This document shows positions 1 to 13,195 of a DNA stretch of 64,000 bases, piece by piece. Position 1 is the first letter of the stretch. Every line of letters begins with the position of its first letter. The stretch lies in assembly GCF_006345805.1 (NCBI RefSeq), contig NC_042998.1:148242001-148306000 (forward strand), in the 5' to 3' direction. The translations under genes were made by a program, and so were the position numbers. The notes below the pieces were generated by a model that saw only the letters and a program-made list of their open reading frames with translations, had not been told where the DNA came from and did no database searches. This DNA is from Octopus sinensis (lineage: Eukaryota).

Positions 1-1260
1 GATACCATTCTTTACAGTAATGGGTCCCGCCATGCCACTACCAACATTGACCCAAGCCTCCATCCCATCATGAAATGATTTAATTATAGTTACAAAGTGA
101 TCCGGACATCCAAGTTTGCCAAGTATTTTCCATAGCAAGGCTCTATTCACAGTATCAAAGGCCTTCGTTAAATCAACGAACACCTGGACAACATCCATAT
201 TTTGTTCATAGCACTTCTTCTGTATATGTCTTGCTGTGAAAATTATATCCATTATCCCTCTACCAGATCGGAAGCCGCATTGAGATTCAGATAAGACATC
301 ATTTTCGAGACACACATTCAGGCGAGTAAGAAGATTTGCCGGAATCTTGCCAGCAGCTGATAGTAGAGCAATTCCTCTGCATTTGTCACACATTATTCTG
401 GCTCTTTTTCCTTTATAGAGGGGATGAATAATTGCATACTTCCAGTCCTTAGGCATTGCACCATTCCTCCAGACTACACTAAGTTTATGAAGGGACTGTA
501 TGATGTAATCATCATCAAATCGCAAGACCTTAGCACAAATTCCATCCCTTCCAGGTGCCTTACCAAGATTCAATTTACTTATTGCCGTCATTACCTCATC
601 TATTGAGGGCGTGGAGTTTAAGGAGCCAGTGATAGGTCTTTGTAGCATAATATCAATCACTGTTTCATCCACAACTGACTCATGGTTCAAGAGTTCAGAG
701 AAGTGTTCAAGCCAGTGACTTGTGATTTCTGTTGATTTAGTAGATAGAGTAGGAGACTCCTTGGAAAGCAAAGAAGCTGATGCAGAGGTCTTAGGCCCAT
801 AAACGTGCTTCATAAGATGGTAAAGCTTCTTGCTGTTATTTGCATCAGCAGCAGCCTGAACATCACGTGCAAGATCCTCCCACCAAGTGTTCTGCATCTT
901 CCTGAGAGATCGCTACATTAGTGGTTTTATACTGCTAGAGTGGGCAAGTGCTAGATTTCGCTGCACAGCTGAATGCCAGTGTGTGAATTTGTTTTGCGTG
1001 GATAAAGTGTTGCATGTCACCGAACTCTCCTTTCGGTGCTACCAGACATAAGGTCAGTGGACAGCAGAGAAATCAACTGTACTTCAAGTACTTTTTTCTT
1101 CATTATACAAGCTTACCTTCAAGGAGGAACTTCTCACAAGAACTAGGGATCCTTCATTCCCAGTTGTCCACAAGCAAGTTAACCCGTAGCTGGGTCCCTA
1201 ACAAATGCTGCTAAGAGTTGACCTAGGAACAGTAGTGTCTAAGAGGTGGTTCTACACTTC
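1..1260 (-). mobile_element. RTE-clade LINE remnant (linker plus RT N-terminal half), with stops/frameshifts; runs off window start
   Basis: Manual minus-strand translation: DVLSESQCGFRSGRGIMDIIFTARHIQKKCYEQNMDVVQVFVDLTKAFDTVNRALLWKILGKLGCP; upstream KLNLGKAPGRDGI and GIALLSAAGKIL motifs typical of RTE RT. Confidence 0.9.
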
Positions 1261-1336
1261 TCAAAATCATGGCACTGCCGTACCAGGGCTCCATATGTAT
1301 GCATGTATGTTGTCCGGAACTCACGTACCGGACAAC

Positions 1337-1600
1337 ATACATACATACATACATACATACATACATACATACATACATACATACATACAGGCATGCATGC
1401 ATGCATGCATTCATATCTACATACATGATGGCTGCCCCCTCGTTATATACATACATAATACATACATACATACATACATACATACATGCATGCATGCATA
1501 CATGTGTGTGTGTGTGTGTATGTGTGCATGTGTGTGTGTGTGTGTATGTGTGCATGTGTGTGTGTATGTGTGCATGTGTGTGTGTGAAAGAGAGAGAGAA

Positions 1601-1636
<36 letters not shown>

Positions 1637-1640
1637 AAGA
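1337..1640. repeat. Compound microsatellite (TACA)n/(TG)n/(GA)n
   Basis: Directly visible. Confidence 0.95.
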
Positions 1641-2254
1641 AATACTTAGCTGTTGATTTTAATGATGATTGCTTATAATATGAAAATCAAAAATCTATGA
1701 ATATAAATTATATAGAAAATTAAAAAAGAGACAGAAAGAAGCCACGAAGGAAATAAAATGATGAATTAGAAAATTCCTCCATATCTATAATTTGTGTCAT
1801 CAAGAAATATTCACATTTATTCCAAATAATATGCATTTCGTTTTTCTAAATTACTATGAAAATTTTGCGTTAGAGGCTACAGCTGTATTTATTTGCAGCT
1901 TTGTTAATACACATACATACATACATACATACATACATACATACATACATACATACATACACACACATGTATGTTTCTGTAAGTGCGCACGTGTGTGTAA
2001 GATGATATATGTACATATATGAATATAGATAATATGTATGTATGTATGTTCGTACATACGCATGTATGTATGTATATGTTTTGTATGTATGTATGTATGT
2101 ATGTATGTAAGTATATATATATTTATGTATGTATGTATGTATCTATCTATCTATCTATCCATGAATATATGTATATATATATATATATGCGTTATGTGAG
2201 TAAATAGTATATATGTGTATATACACACACACACATATACATACTTATACATAC

Positions 2255-2334
<80 letters not shown>

Positions 2335-2601
2335 ATTGCATTGATTTACTTGTTTATTTATATATCTATTTTGTTTATTTAATTAATATTTCTCCTGAGA
2401 CTAAAAGATATTAAGGTTAATCATGTGACTGATAAAATATGTCTGACAAATTATATTTCTTACTAATGGAGTTTGTGACAAAACAAAACAATAACAAAAA
2501 AAGCAAAACAAAAGAAAATACGAAATAATGAAGTCACAATGACTTAATAACCTATCACATGACTATATAACTAAAGAATTATAACTAAGAGACACTGACC
2601 T

Positions 2602-2665
<64 letters not shown>

Positions 2666-3020
2666 GTATCTATACATATAAAATATATATAAACACGCAT
2701 ACTTTCACATACACACCATATGCATGAGCCCAAGTCGCAGTTACAAAGTGAGTCATCTGTTGCCTCAGCGAACATGCGCGGGCAATTGTTCGTTTGATCT
2801 GTTAGAAAGAGCATTTAAATTCTTTCCAATCACAATCTGACGGTTTTATAAAGAAAAGGACACATTGGACAGAGTAGTTCCTGATTTACATAAAGCAGGC
2901 TGGTCACGAGTGAAACGCTTTTGATCGCATGTTCAGCTCCATGTGACTGTCGTGGGCTTAAACAACAACAACAACAACAACAACAAATTCTATATTTAGG
3001 AGATGAAGAATTATGTATAT

Positions 3021-3330
3021 TATTTATATTATTTACGACTGACGGATATTTGTCCTCATCTTGTCTAGGCATATGGCATAGTGGCAAAGAGCGCGGGCTA
3101 CTAATCCCAAGATTCCGAGTTCGAATCCAAGCAGTGACTTGAATGATAATGATAATAATAACAACAACAACAACAACAACAACGTCGAAAAATACTTTAG
3201 GAGTGAGAACCCAGGTTCGAAATTTCCCTAAGACACCTGATGAAGGCTGGAGGGTATATCAGTCGAAATGTGGTGTTAACAACAAACAAGATGAGGACAA
3301 ATATCCGTCAATGTGTAAATAATTTAAATA
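3021..3330 (+). mobile_element. Composite: Penelope-like HHR module with an inverted terminal copy, enclosing a tRNA-like SINE head
   Basis: 25-bp perfect inverted repeat 3040-3064/3286-3310; tRNA-like head ~3068-3145 (A box tggcatagtggc, B box gagttcgaatcc); degenerate HHR 3232-3277. Confidence 0.55.
3232..3277 (+). ncRNA. Degenerate minimal type I hammerhead ribozyme
   Basis: GACAC-CTGATGA-A-GGCTG/CAGTC stem II-GAAA-TGT-G-GTGTT; stem I intact, but position 17 is G (non-cleavable) and stem III is ATGT instead of ACGT. Confidence 0.65.
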
Positions 3331-3936
3331 ACAACAACAAACTTTTTAGCTGATGTCTAACACGCTTATCTCAGTACCCACTTTCACACATACACATACA
3401 AACACACACACGCGCACATACGCACACTCACACACACAAGCGCACAAAAGCACGCGCGCACGCACACACACACTCACTCTTACCACCATAGAGGTAATAT
3501 CAGGAAATATGTCATACTTACAATAATTTTAATTTAACTTTTACCAAATTTCTTAATTTTTATAAAATACGATGAAATAAATGATAAATTTTAAAAGAAA
3601 AAACATTCATTACCTTAAAATTATATTAAATGAAATAATTTTATCATTTGTAACACTCCTCCCAAAACTAAACTGTCATTTACTCCCTTTCCTCCTCCTC
3701 TGTCTCTGATTCCTTCTTTCAATGAGTGTGTATTTGTGTATAACGTTCATTTACTCATTGCGTGCCATCAAGCCGAGTATGCACACTTATACTGCACCAC
3801 TTATGTTAACTCTCTTTCTATTTCTTTTTTACTCTGTTCCACATGGCTTTGTATACAAAGTAAAACATGACTGGAGAATCAATCAACTAACCAACCAGCT
3901 AACCAACCGAGTTTATATCGGCTATTAATATGCACA

Positions 3937-3967
<31 letters not shown>

Positions 3968-4010
3968 GCACACATGAAAAAAAGATGTATGCTCTAAAGC
4001 ATAGAGCAGT

Positions 4011-4128
4011 AATGTTTCCTTGTTTAATCTAATTTGTGTTGGTGTTCCAATAGCACACTGGAACACCAACACAAATTAGATTAAACAAGGAAACATTCTT
4101 CATTGAAAATTTTAAGCATAAACTTAAC
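4011..4128 (+). mobile_element. Penelope-like GIY-YIG C-terminal remnant with fold-back (39-bp perfect hairpin) at its 5' end
   Basis: Arms 4011-4049/4059-4097 perfectly complementary; 4078-4128 reads RLNKETFFIENFKHKLN, resembling the E...I.....P.LN end of GIY-YIG domains. Confidence 0.5.
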
Positions 4129-4444
4129 CATCCTAACATTCTCGTACAGAGAAACTCATCTCATTAAATAAGGGAAAAGAAATATAAAGCGATTATCTCC
4201 CTTATACCGGAAGAAATCGCTTATTACCTCCCCCTGCCTGGAACTCTTCTTTGCACTGCATAACGAAGACATGACACGATGTAGGTAAAGACATTTGAGA
4301 AATTTGAAAAGTTAACACGAAACCGGTAATTTCTTCAAAAACTATGTTACTATATGCAAAATTTTATAACATTCTTCTGACACAACGACTTAAATATTTT
4401 CTTATAAAACAAGCCTTCTGTAGTTTTTTCACTCTTTTCTATTT

Positions 4445-4721
<277 letters not shown>

Positions 4722-4814
4722 GAAAAACTAATTATGAAAAATATGCGAATGACAAATAATTGATTTGTAAACATGCAAATAATATATGAATAATAGAAAT
4801 TTTTACATGACGGC

Positions 4815-5027
4815 TTCAAATTTCGGTACAGAGCCAGCAATTTCAGGGGCTGGAATTAAGTGGATTACATCGGCACCAGTACACAAGTGGTACTTATTTT
4901 ATCGACCTCAAAACGATGAAAAGCAAAGTCGACCTTGGTAGAATTTGATCTCAGAACGTAAAACCGGAAGAAATGCCGATAAGAGTTTTGCCTGCGTGCT
5001 TATGACTCTGCCAGGTCGCTGCCTTAA
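4815..5027 (-). mobile_element. tRNA-derived SINE, family A
   Basis: Shares gtacttattttatcgac...aaagtcgacc...gaatttga.ctcagaacg core with copies at 9290, 31499, 37380 and 62960. Confidence 0.8.
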
Positions 5028-5399
5028 GTTTTTACATAATAAACACTAATTTGCAACTAAACAATACAGAATTTAGTTATTATTCCCAAGTTACCTAATC
5101 CCAAGTTATCTCTGATGGAGTAAACCCATGAGTAAAATGCTTTCCTACTGTGGACATTCTGTCTAATTTCCAGGAATACTGTAATCAAGACTCCTCTTTC
5201 TTTTAATTAGGCAAGGTGTGATTTGAGAGAAATCCTCTATTCTTTCTGGAAGGTTAGAGAAAGAATTCCCCACACTGGTTGACATGGAATTTAAATACCA
5301 ACTACATAGAACAGTAATTTTGAATATCCCCAAAGCAGGTCACCATTTTTAGCTGCTAAAAGATTAGACAATGTTAGATGAGGAAAGAGGAATGCTTCT

Positions 5400-7653
5400 T
5401 AATGTCAGCCACTACCGTCACAGTTATGACAATCATAACTTGCACTATCATAGTTAGTTATCTCCTTTACGATTAATACAGTTACAATCATCTGTCAGAA
5501 CTATTACTATCATAGTTTCTACTATCACAGTCATCTCCATCATAGCTATTAGCATCACATGACCTTCAAAGCCACTACCATCATATCCATGTATATCCTA
5601 ATCAGAACCATCACAAATATCATTATCGTAACTAGTACTGTCAGAACCATAGCTATCATAGCTAATACGCTCATAGTTCTCATGGTTATAAATAACACTA
5701 CCACAGACACCACCATCATAACTAGTACTGTCAAAGTCATCACCATCATAGTCTAGCTCATCATTGCACTATCATTATCATAGCTAGTTCGTTCAAAGTA
5801 ATGACAATCATAACAAGTGTCATCACAATTATCACCATCATAACGAGTTCAATTACTCATCTCTTACATAACCCGTACCGTCATAGTATTCATAGCATAC
5901 ATATTAGCAACACCCCTTTCCATATCATTACAGACTTCTTTGCAATATCAAGACCCACCACAAACGGCGCAATCTTAGTTTGGACTGTCGCAGCCATCAC
6001 TGTCATAGCTGGTATTGTCATAGCCACTATTACCATAGCTAGTACTACCATAAATTTCTCACCATTCTAGACGGTATTGTTACAGGCATTGGCATCGTCG
6101 TCGTCGTCATCGTCGTCGTCATCATCATCATCACCACCATCATCATCATAATAGCCATCACTATGGTAACCAATACCATTACGACTGTGAACATTTTAGC
6201 CAATCGTCACAGTCAACACTCTTTTCATTATTGTCTTCGCAGACAGAAACATCATGGCGGGAACTGTCACAACTGTCACCTTCACAGCCAGCGACGTTAC
6301 AACTATCACGATCACAGCTAGAACCAATAGCAGCAGCAGCAGCTCCCACCCCATCACCACCACTGCTACTGTCATAGCCACCACCACCACCACCGCCGCC
6401 GCCGCTGCTACCGTCGTTGTCATCATCATCGTTATTAACAACAATGACAGCCATCAACTTTATTGGTCAGTATTATCATTGCAATACTCATCACAGACTT
6501 TACTCTTATAATAATATTGCAGCTTTCCTCCAACAATGGAAGTACTATCAAATATGCCACTATCGTAGCTAGTATTGTCACATCCAACATCATCATAGTC
6601 ACTACCTCATAATCATCCCTGTCTTAGCAAGTACCTCTACAACCATCACCATCACATTCAGAACAGTCACAGACATTGCCATCGTAACCTGTACCGCCAC
6701 AGACATTTCCACTGTAGCCAGTGTCGTCAGACATTTTCAGCCGTTGCCAATACCTTTATACTTTCCCAGCCATCAACATAATAACCACTACAACGAGATT
6801 TGTTATCGCATCTATTTGAGCTCACATCCATTATCATCACAACCAATGTCCTCACTGACACAGCTATTACAGTTACCAACTCTCCCCACACTGCTGCACC
6901 ACACCGTATTACACGCCCTTCTCTATGCCGCCCATACCGCACCACACCTCACAATAAAGTATGCACAAATAATCAATCAATATCAGCCACATCACCGATC
7001 GCAGCTGGTCCTCAGACTATGGCAGCAGCATTACCATCACCATCACGATCAACAGCAGCAACAACAACAACAACAATAAGAACAACAACAACAACGACAA
7101 AACTGACTACAATAATAACATTAACAAAAAGAAAAACAAAGTAAATAGTAACAGCAACGTTACATTATTGAAAAAAGAAAACAAAAACAAAACGACAACC
7201 AAAAACTTCGTACTTGGAGTAAAACAAAAGAAAAGCAACAATAAATATAAATTAAAAAAGAAAACAACGAAATGTGACGAAAAAAAGAAAAAAGAAATGA
7301 AAGTAATGAAATAAAGGGAAATAATGAAAAACAATGAGAGTAAAAAAAAGAAAATAAGAAAAACACCAACAAAAGACAGAAAATCAACATTTCTCTCTCC
7401 CCTCCGCCCCTCCCCTCTCCCCACAAAAATAAATCAATAAACAAGAAACGAACAACAATAGAATCGGCAACAATAACAACTTCAACAACAATAACAACAG
7501 CAACAACGACAACCACAAACAATATATTTATAACGAATACAAATGGCGGCAAATGCAAAATTAAAATCTACAAGAGAACGGAGGCCAATATCAGACACTA
7601 CAGCTATTAAATGAACCGCCATCACTGCCGCCAACACTTCCACTACCACCGCC

Positions 7654-7720
<67 letters not shown>

Positions 7721-7787
7721 GCACCAGCATCAACATCAGCAACACAACCATCACCACCACCATCACCACCACCACCACCACCACCAG

Positions 7788-7821
<34 letters not shown>

Positions 7822-8650
7822 AAGTAGTAGTAGTAGTATCAGCAGCAGCAGCAGCAGCAGCAGTAGCAGCAGCAGCAGCTAAACAAACGTTACGAGACGA
7901 ACGAGAGAACGTAATGTCAAGAGAAAGTAGAGCAGTAACATTAACAACAGCAATAACAATAACAACCATAACAAACAGGAGAGGATGATGACACCAAAAC
8001 GAGAAGGCCCTAAGCACACTCTAAATAACAACAATAACAACACCAATAGCAACAAAAGTCATCATCATCATCAGCAGCAGCATCATCACCTTTGTAATCG
8101 TTGGCGTCGTCCTCGCAATCATCATCATCATCGTCATCATCATCATTATCGTCGTCGTCGTCGTCATCATCATCATCATCATTATCATCATCATCATCGC
8201 CGTCGTCATTAACAATAACAGTAACAAGAGCAAACAACATAAATAGTAGCCGTACTGAAGGTGGAGGTGGAGGTGTTAACTTGAGTAAAACGAATTAACG
8301 TTTGTCTGGTTAAATTTTCATAAATTTAATAAGACTCTACTTGTCTTGTCATGGAAAAACAACAACAACAACAACAACAACAACCACAGCAATAACATCA
8401 TAGAATAAAAACTTCAATAAAAACAACAACAACAACAACAATAATAATAATAAACCTCAACAACTGAGAAAGTAGCAACAAATTAGTAACAGCTACAATC
8501 TCACCACCATCTCCAACCAGCGCCACCGGCACCAACGCCAGCACCGCCACCAACAACAGCACCGCCACCAACGGCAGCACTTCTACCAATGACAGCACCG
8601 CCACCAACGATAGCACCGCCACCAACACCACTACCAGTGCCAACAGTACT
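5400..8650. repeat. Long degenerate trinucleotide low-complexity tract (CAT/CAC/AAC/TAC/CAG)
   Basis: Directly visible; no long ORF. Confidence 0.85.
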
Positions 8651-9289
8651 AGTTGTAAATCAGGCAGGTGGTAATGTACTAAATGATGCGCACGAAAAAA
8701 TTCTAAACGTACCGAAATTAACCACTTAGTGGCAGAAAGAAAACGAAACTCAAGTGGCAGATGCTAGCAACTTTCGAAGAGAAAAAAAGGGAGATAATTT
8801 CAAGAAATTTTAGGATTAATTTAGTAGAAAATTAAATTTTCATGATTAGAAATAAAATCTAATATTTGTTAGTAAACAAAGTAACAGCTACGGGCTTTCT
8901 CCAGTCATATTACACCTCATCAGTAAAGCATTATACTCAAGCCTGCTCTGATCTGTGGGCAGAGATTTAAAAATACTTATATTTTGGTTATTTTTTCAGA
9001 ATGAGCGTCACTTACTCTCTGTTAGAATTAACTGGGAACTAGTGGCGTTCGTGTTGAAGATTAAATATAGACCACAAAATGGTCATCCACTCTCCTCGTA
9101 TTAACAATCGTTTCTGACATTGGCACAAGGCTAATATCTTTTTGGATAGAGTTGTTAGTTAGATCGATTCCCAATACTTGACAAGTAATTTATTTTACTT
9201 AATGTAAAATTAAAAACAACATCGACCTCGTCAGATTTGAGAACGCAAAAAGCCGCTACTAAAACCGAAATTCTTGCTCAACTTAATTG

Positions 9290-9500
9290 TTTCTAATTTA
9301 GGCACAAGGCCGGCAATTTTGAAGGGAGGGGATTAGTTGATACCATGAACTTCAGTACTTGAATCATACATTGTTTTGTCGAACCCGGAGAAAGGAAAAG
9401 ATAAAGGTAACCGCGACGGTATATGAACTCAGAACATTCAGAGCTAGAAGAATTGCCACAAGACATACTGTCCGATGCGCTGACAATTCTGCTAATTCAC
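9290..9500 (-). mobile_element. tRNA-derived SINE family A (diverged)
   Basis: ggcacaaggcc...gaactcagaac...gctgacaattctgctaattcac matches family A. Confidence 0.6.
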
Positions 9501-9944
9501 AGCCCTTTTATAGTTTAGGTCAGCAGTTTTGAGGGCAGTGTGTTAGTTGATATCATCGACCCCCAGTACGTGACTGCTATTTTATTTTATCGACCCTGGA
9601 GAGATGGTAAAGCAAAGTTAACTCCGGCAGTTAACCTCAGAACATACCGTGCCAGAACGAATACAAAGATTTTAAATAAGTACTTATATTTTGGTTATAT
9701 TTTTCATCAAGGTGTTTTGTTCAACGCTTTTGTTTGTGTGGATGAAATTGACCAGTTGCTGGAAACTGTGAGAAAGTCTGTCAAATGGATTGCACATGTT
9801 ATTCAAAGTGACTGTCACAACAGTCATTGTCGCTGCTTTCCTCAATGTAGCAACAAATTATGGTAGCGGCAATGAAACCACTCCCGCTACACCATAAATG
9901 ACAGTAGCAGCAACAATAAAGATGACAGTAGCAGCAGTGGAAGC

Positions 9945-10920
9945 ACGTCATTTGCTGGTGTTGCTAAAACTTTTGATTTCGTTCCATTGGATAAAAATAT
10001 AAATATCTCGAAGTAGAAGACATAGCAACAAACTAATATGAAAATGTACATTCACGATACCATAGAAAAATACAATGGTGTACAGATGAATTCGTTGAAG
10101 AGGCACAAACTGGAGTGAATATCTCCAGGACAAGCTGAACACTGTTTGAAAAGTGTCTGGAAAGACATAGACTCCGTAGTACGTGCCAACCAATTTAGTT
10201 GTATTCGAGTTACTTTTCATTCAGAAGCTTTCTCCAGACGGTGTCCAACGTCTCACATCCCACATAAGACTGAGAAATTTTAGCTGATACCAATTTACTT
10301 TAATTGAAGAATTATCAGAGCAAAAATTTCCAGAACTAAACTTCTGGTGAGCGGAGAAATGTGTTCTACTGGAGGACTCTAGAACGCTGCAGGAAATACA
10401 AATATTCTGAAAGGAAAATTTTGAGGTGTGAACTGAGGCACGAGAGAAAATCCATAACCTACTTCCAGGAAAGAAGCGACTGCAGGTGGTAGTGGAGGGC
10501 AGAAGACCTAGATGCCATAACTGTGGAAACGCTGATTACCTCGAAGCCTCCTGACTGTAGTGGTGGTGGTAGTATTATATAGTAGTAGTAGCAGCAGTAG
10601 TAATAGTAGTAGTAGTCGTAGTAGTAGTAAGGAAGTGCTGCTTCCCAGTAAATTTGATGAAGGGGGATGAGAGTCTCAAGTATACTCCGAATGAACGGGC
10701 TCCCTCTGAGCATGCACCAGCAGACTGGGGGAAGAGAACTGAGAGGCGGCACTTGCCTTAGTGAATTTGTGGGGTCTTTACGAGTAGTCTTGTAGGTCTC
10801 CTCCCTTTTGAAAACATTCTTTGAATCTATTGTTTATTTTTGTTTCTGTTATTTTCCTTGTTACACACGTTTATGTGTGATTCCACAGTACCTCATTCTG
10901 TACCATCCTCAATGATTTTC
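9945..10920 (+). mobile_element. L1/Tx1-like ORF1 remnant with decayed CCHC zinc knuckle plus 3' UTR-like tail
   Basis: About 10455-10554 reads NLLPGKKRLQVVVEGRRPRCHNCGNADYLEAS* = CX2CX4(H>Y)X4(C>stop). Confidence 0.5.
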
Positions 10921-11089
10921 TCAACCCTTGCGTAGCAGCATTTCCTCCAGTTTTACGTTCTGGGTTTAAATGTCATCGAGGTCGACTTTGCTTTACATCC
11001 TTTCAGTGTCGATATAAAAAGTACCAATAATCGACAAGCTTCTCCCCTAAAATTTCAGGCTCCATGCCTATAGTTGAAAGGTTTATTAT

Positions 11090-12400
11090 TATTATGTGAT
11101 AAAAACTCACAGTTTATTTTACTGGGTATGATGGAAAGTGTTAGCTGTCCACAGCTAGCAGACGAAGGTGACACTTTCTTACTGGTCATGCTTCAAGAAC
11201 GCTGCGAAGAATTTTTCCAGTTCCAAGCAATGCTGATTTTTGTAGGTGTTCTACCTTCACACTTGTACCAACCTTTTTCAGCCATGTTGGTAGTTGAGTG
11301 CTGATACTTCCAAGTGCACCAATTACTATTGGTATCACGTCTACTCTCTTCATTGACCACAACGATCGTATTTCCCACTTCAAATCGTCATAGTTGTTTA
11401 CTTTTTCTTCTTTCACATTGATCCCGTTTTCATAGGGGCGTGCTATATCGATTATCATACATGCTCTTCCTTCTTTATTCACCACAACAATGACCGGTTT
11501 CCGATGTCCGGTCGGATGATCGCACTGGATCATTGCATCCCACAGTATTTTGCTATTCTCATTCTCGGTGACTCCTTCTGGGGTTTGCTTATGCCACGTC
11601 TTTGCTTTTGTAGGCCGTGATTTCCACAGAGCTCCCAATGGATCATTCTTGTCACATTGTCATGTCGACTTTTTTTGTATTCGCGTTGTGCCAATTTCGG
11701 GCATCCGCTAACGATGTGCCATACCTTTCACTCCTCTCACCACACATTCTGCGTTTGTCACTGTCAGTAGTGTTGTCTATTCTGAACTTCACATTGTTGG
11801 TCCTTAACGCTTGTTCTTGAGCTGCGCATATAAGTGCTTCTGTCTCTATCGTCTAGTCACTCCTCCTCATCCATAACCACCAGTCTTCTGTATCCGTCTT
11901 GGCGTTCACATCTCTTGCGACCTGACAGTATATTTTTTCCTTCTAGGCCTTCTCTATTTGTTGTTCATTTTTTTGTTCAAATTTTTCTTTCATTACATAA
12001 TTTTCAGTTTTCATGACGCCACAGCATTTTTTATATACCACCCTAAGCTGTTTTCCTCTGCTTTGATACAATCCTAGCAACTGATCAAACCACCCCCACC
12101 CTTTCTTCTGGACAATTACAGCCTATCGTTGTCACTCTTAGGGTGGAAGGCTCCGTGTATTGACAACATTTTTCTGGTTTTGGTATCCATTTTCATCGCT
12201 TCTCACTTTTGCCATTTTATGATTCCTGCTCTATTCCAGAGTGATGCTATCGCCCACGTAATTACTGCTTAGATTTTATTCAATCCAGTCAATTTTGAGC
12301 GAAACACCAGCCTTATTCTTTGGAAATATTCCATCCTCAACTGCTCTTTCATTTCCTTCTCCATTATCTAGTTGAACTCTAGTACACCAAGGTATTTTTA
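11090..12400 (-). mobile_element. R4/Dong-type non-LTR retrotransposon 3' part (CCHC + RLE endonuclease) ending in (TAA)n
   Basis: ORF 11186-11638: KILWDAMIQCDH..HRKPVIVVVNKE..CMIIDIARP..K..Y.DLKWEI..LW..VIPIVIGALG; upstream ETEALICAAQEQALRT and RMCGE..HIVSGC; TAA tail at ~11090. Confidence 0.9.
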
Positions 12401-12436
12401 TTATTTATTTACTTATTTATTATTATTATTATTATT

Positions 12437-12990
12437 ATTGAGTGAGAGAGCAGTGCATGCCATCAAAGTGACACTGGCGTAAAATATACGAAGCCCAGCA
12501 TACCCATCATGACTACCCGTCTGATAAGGGTACACCAGGCACATGCATCACAACCATATGTGCGCGACATGGTGATCTCATATCAAGATAAACAGCACAT
12601 GACCTTGCATGTGGGGCCCAGTTAGAATTTTCTTCAGGTAGAGTAGCCCATCCTGCTCAAAAGGTCCCTGAATAAGGGTTGCTTTAGGATGTTGAACGAA
12701 ACACCTATGTTTCCAGAGGTGAATTATTCAAACTCCAAAGAATCCCTCTCAACACATGGCTATACTGCTCCCCCACTACTTCTGCTCGTGATCAGAGATG
12801 CACGTACTGTCAGCCACTAAGGGACATGCTCAACTGGTTAAGGTCAAACAACTGACAAGCAAATCTGTGGTATTGAGCAGAATATTTGCTGTAGCCCATC
12901 TTTTATACCAAGACAAAACAATGTACATGATAACACTTCCAATCAGTTAAGATCAGAAGCCATGAGAGCCACTGCCTGGTACTGCATCAG
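12437..12990 (-). mobile_element. ~550-bp non-coding interspersed element flanked by (TAA)n
   Basis: Near-identical second copy at 16110-16382; both abut (TTA)n arrays. Confidence 0.8.
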
Positions 12991-13018
12991 GTTATTATTA
13001 TTATTATTATTATTATTA

Positions 13019-13064
<46 letters not shown>

Positions 13065-13089
13065 TGATGAAAACTCTCATATTATTATT

Positions 13090-13195
13090 GTTATTATTAT
13101 TGTTATTTGATGAAAACTCTCAACTTATTTTGCTGGGTATGATGGAAAGTGTCAGCTGCCCACAGCCAGCAGACTAAAGTGACACCTGTTTACTT
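13090..13195 (-). mobile_element. 3' terminus of a second R4/Dong-type copy
   Basis: Homologous to 11095-11180 (ctgggtatgatggaaagtgt.agctg.ccacagc.agcagac.aaggtgacac). Confidence 0.8.

Noticed and set aside
3068-3145. Functional tRNA gene
   Set aside because: Acceptor stem incomplete and followed by an (AAT/AAC)n tail; consistent with a SINE head
6696-6740. Minus-strand CTGACGA-CACTG/CAGTG-GAAA-TGTC hammerhead-like string
   Set aside because: No stem I, and it lies in a degenerate ~30-nt tandem within low-complexity DNA; likely chance
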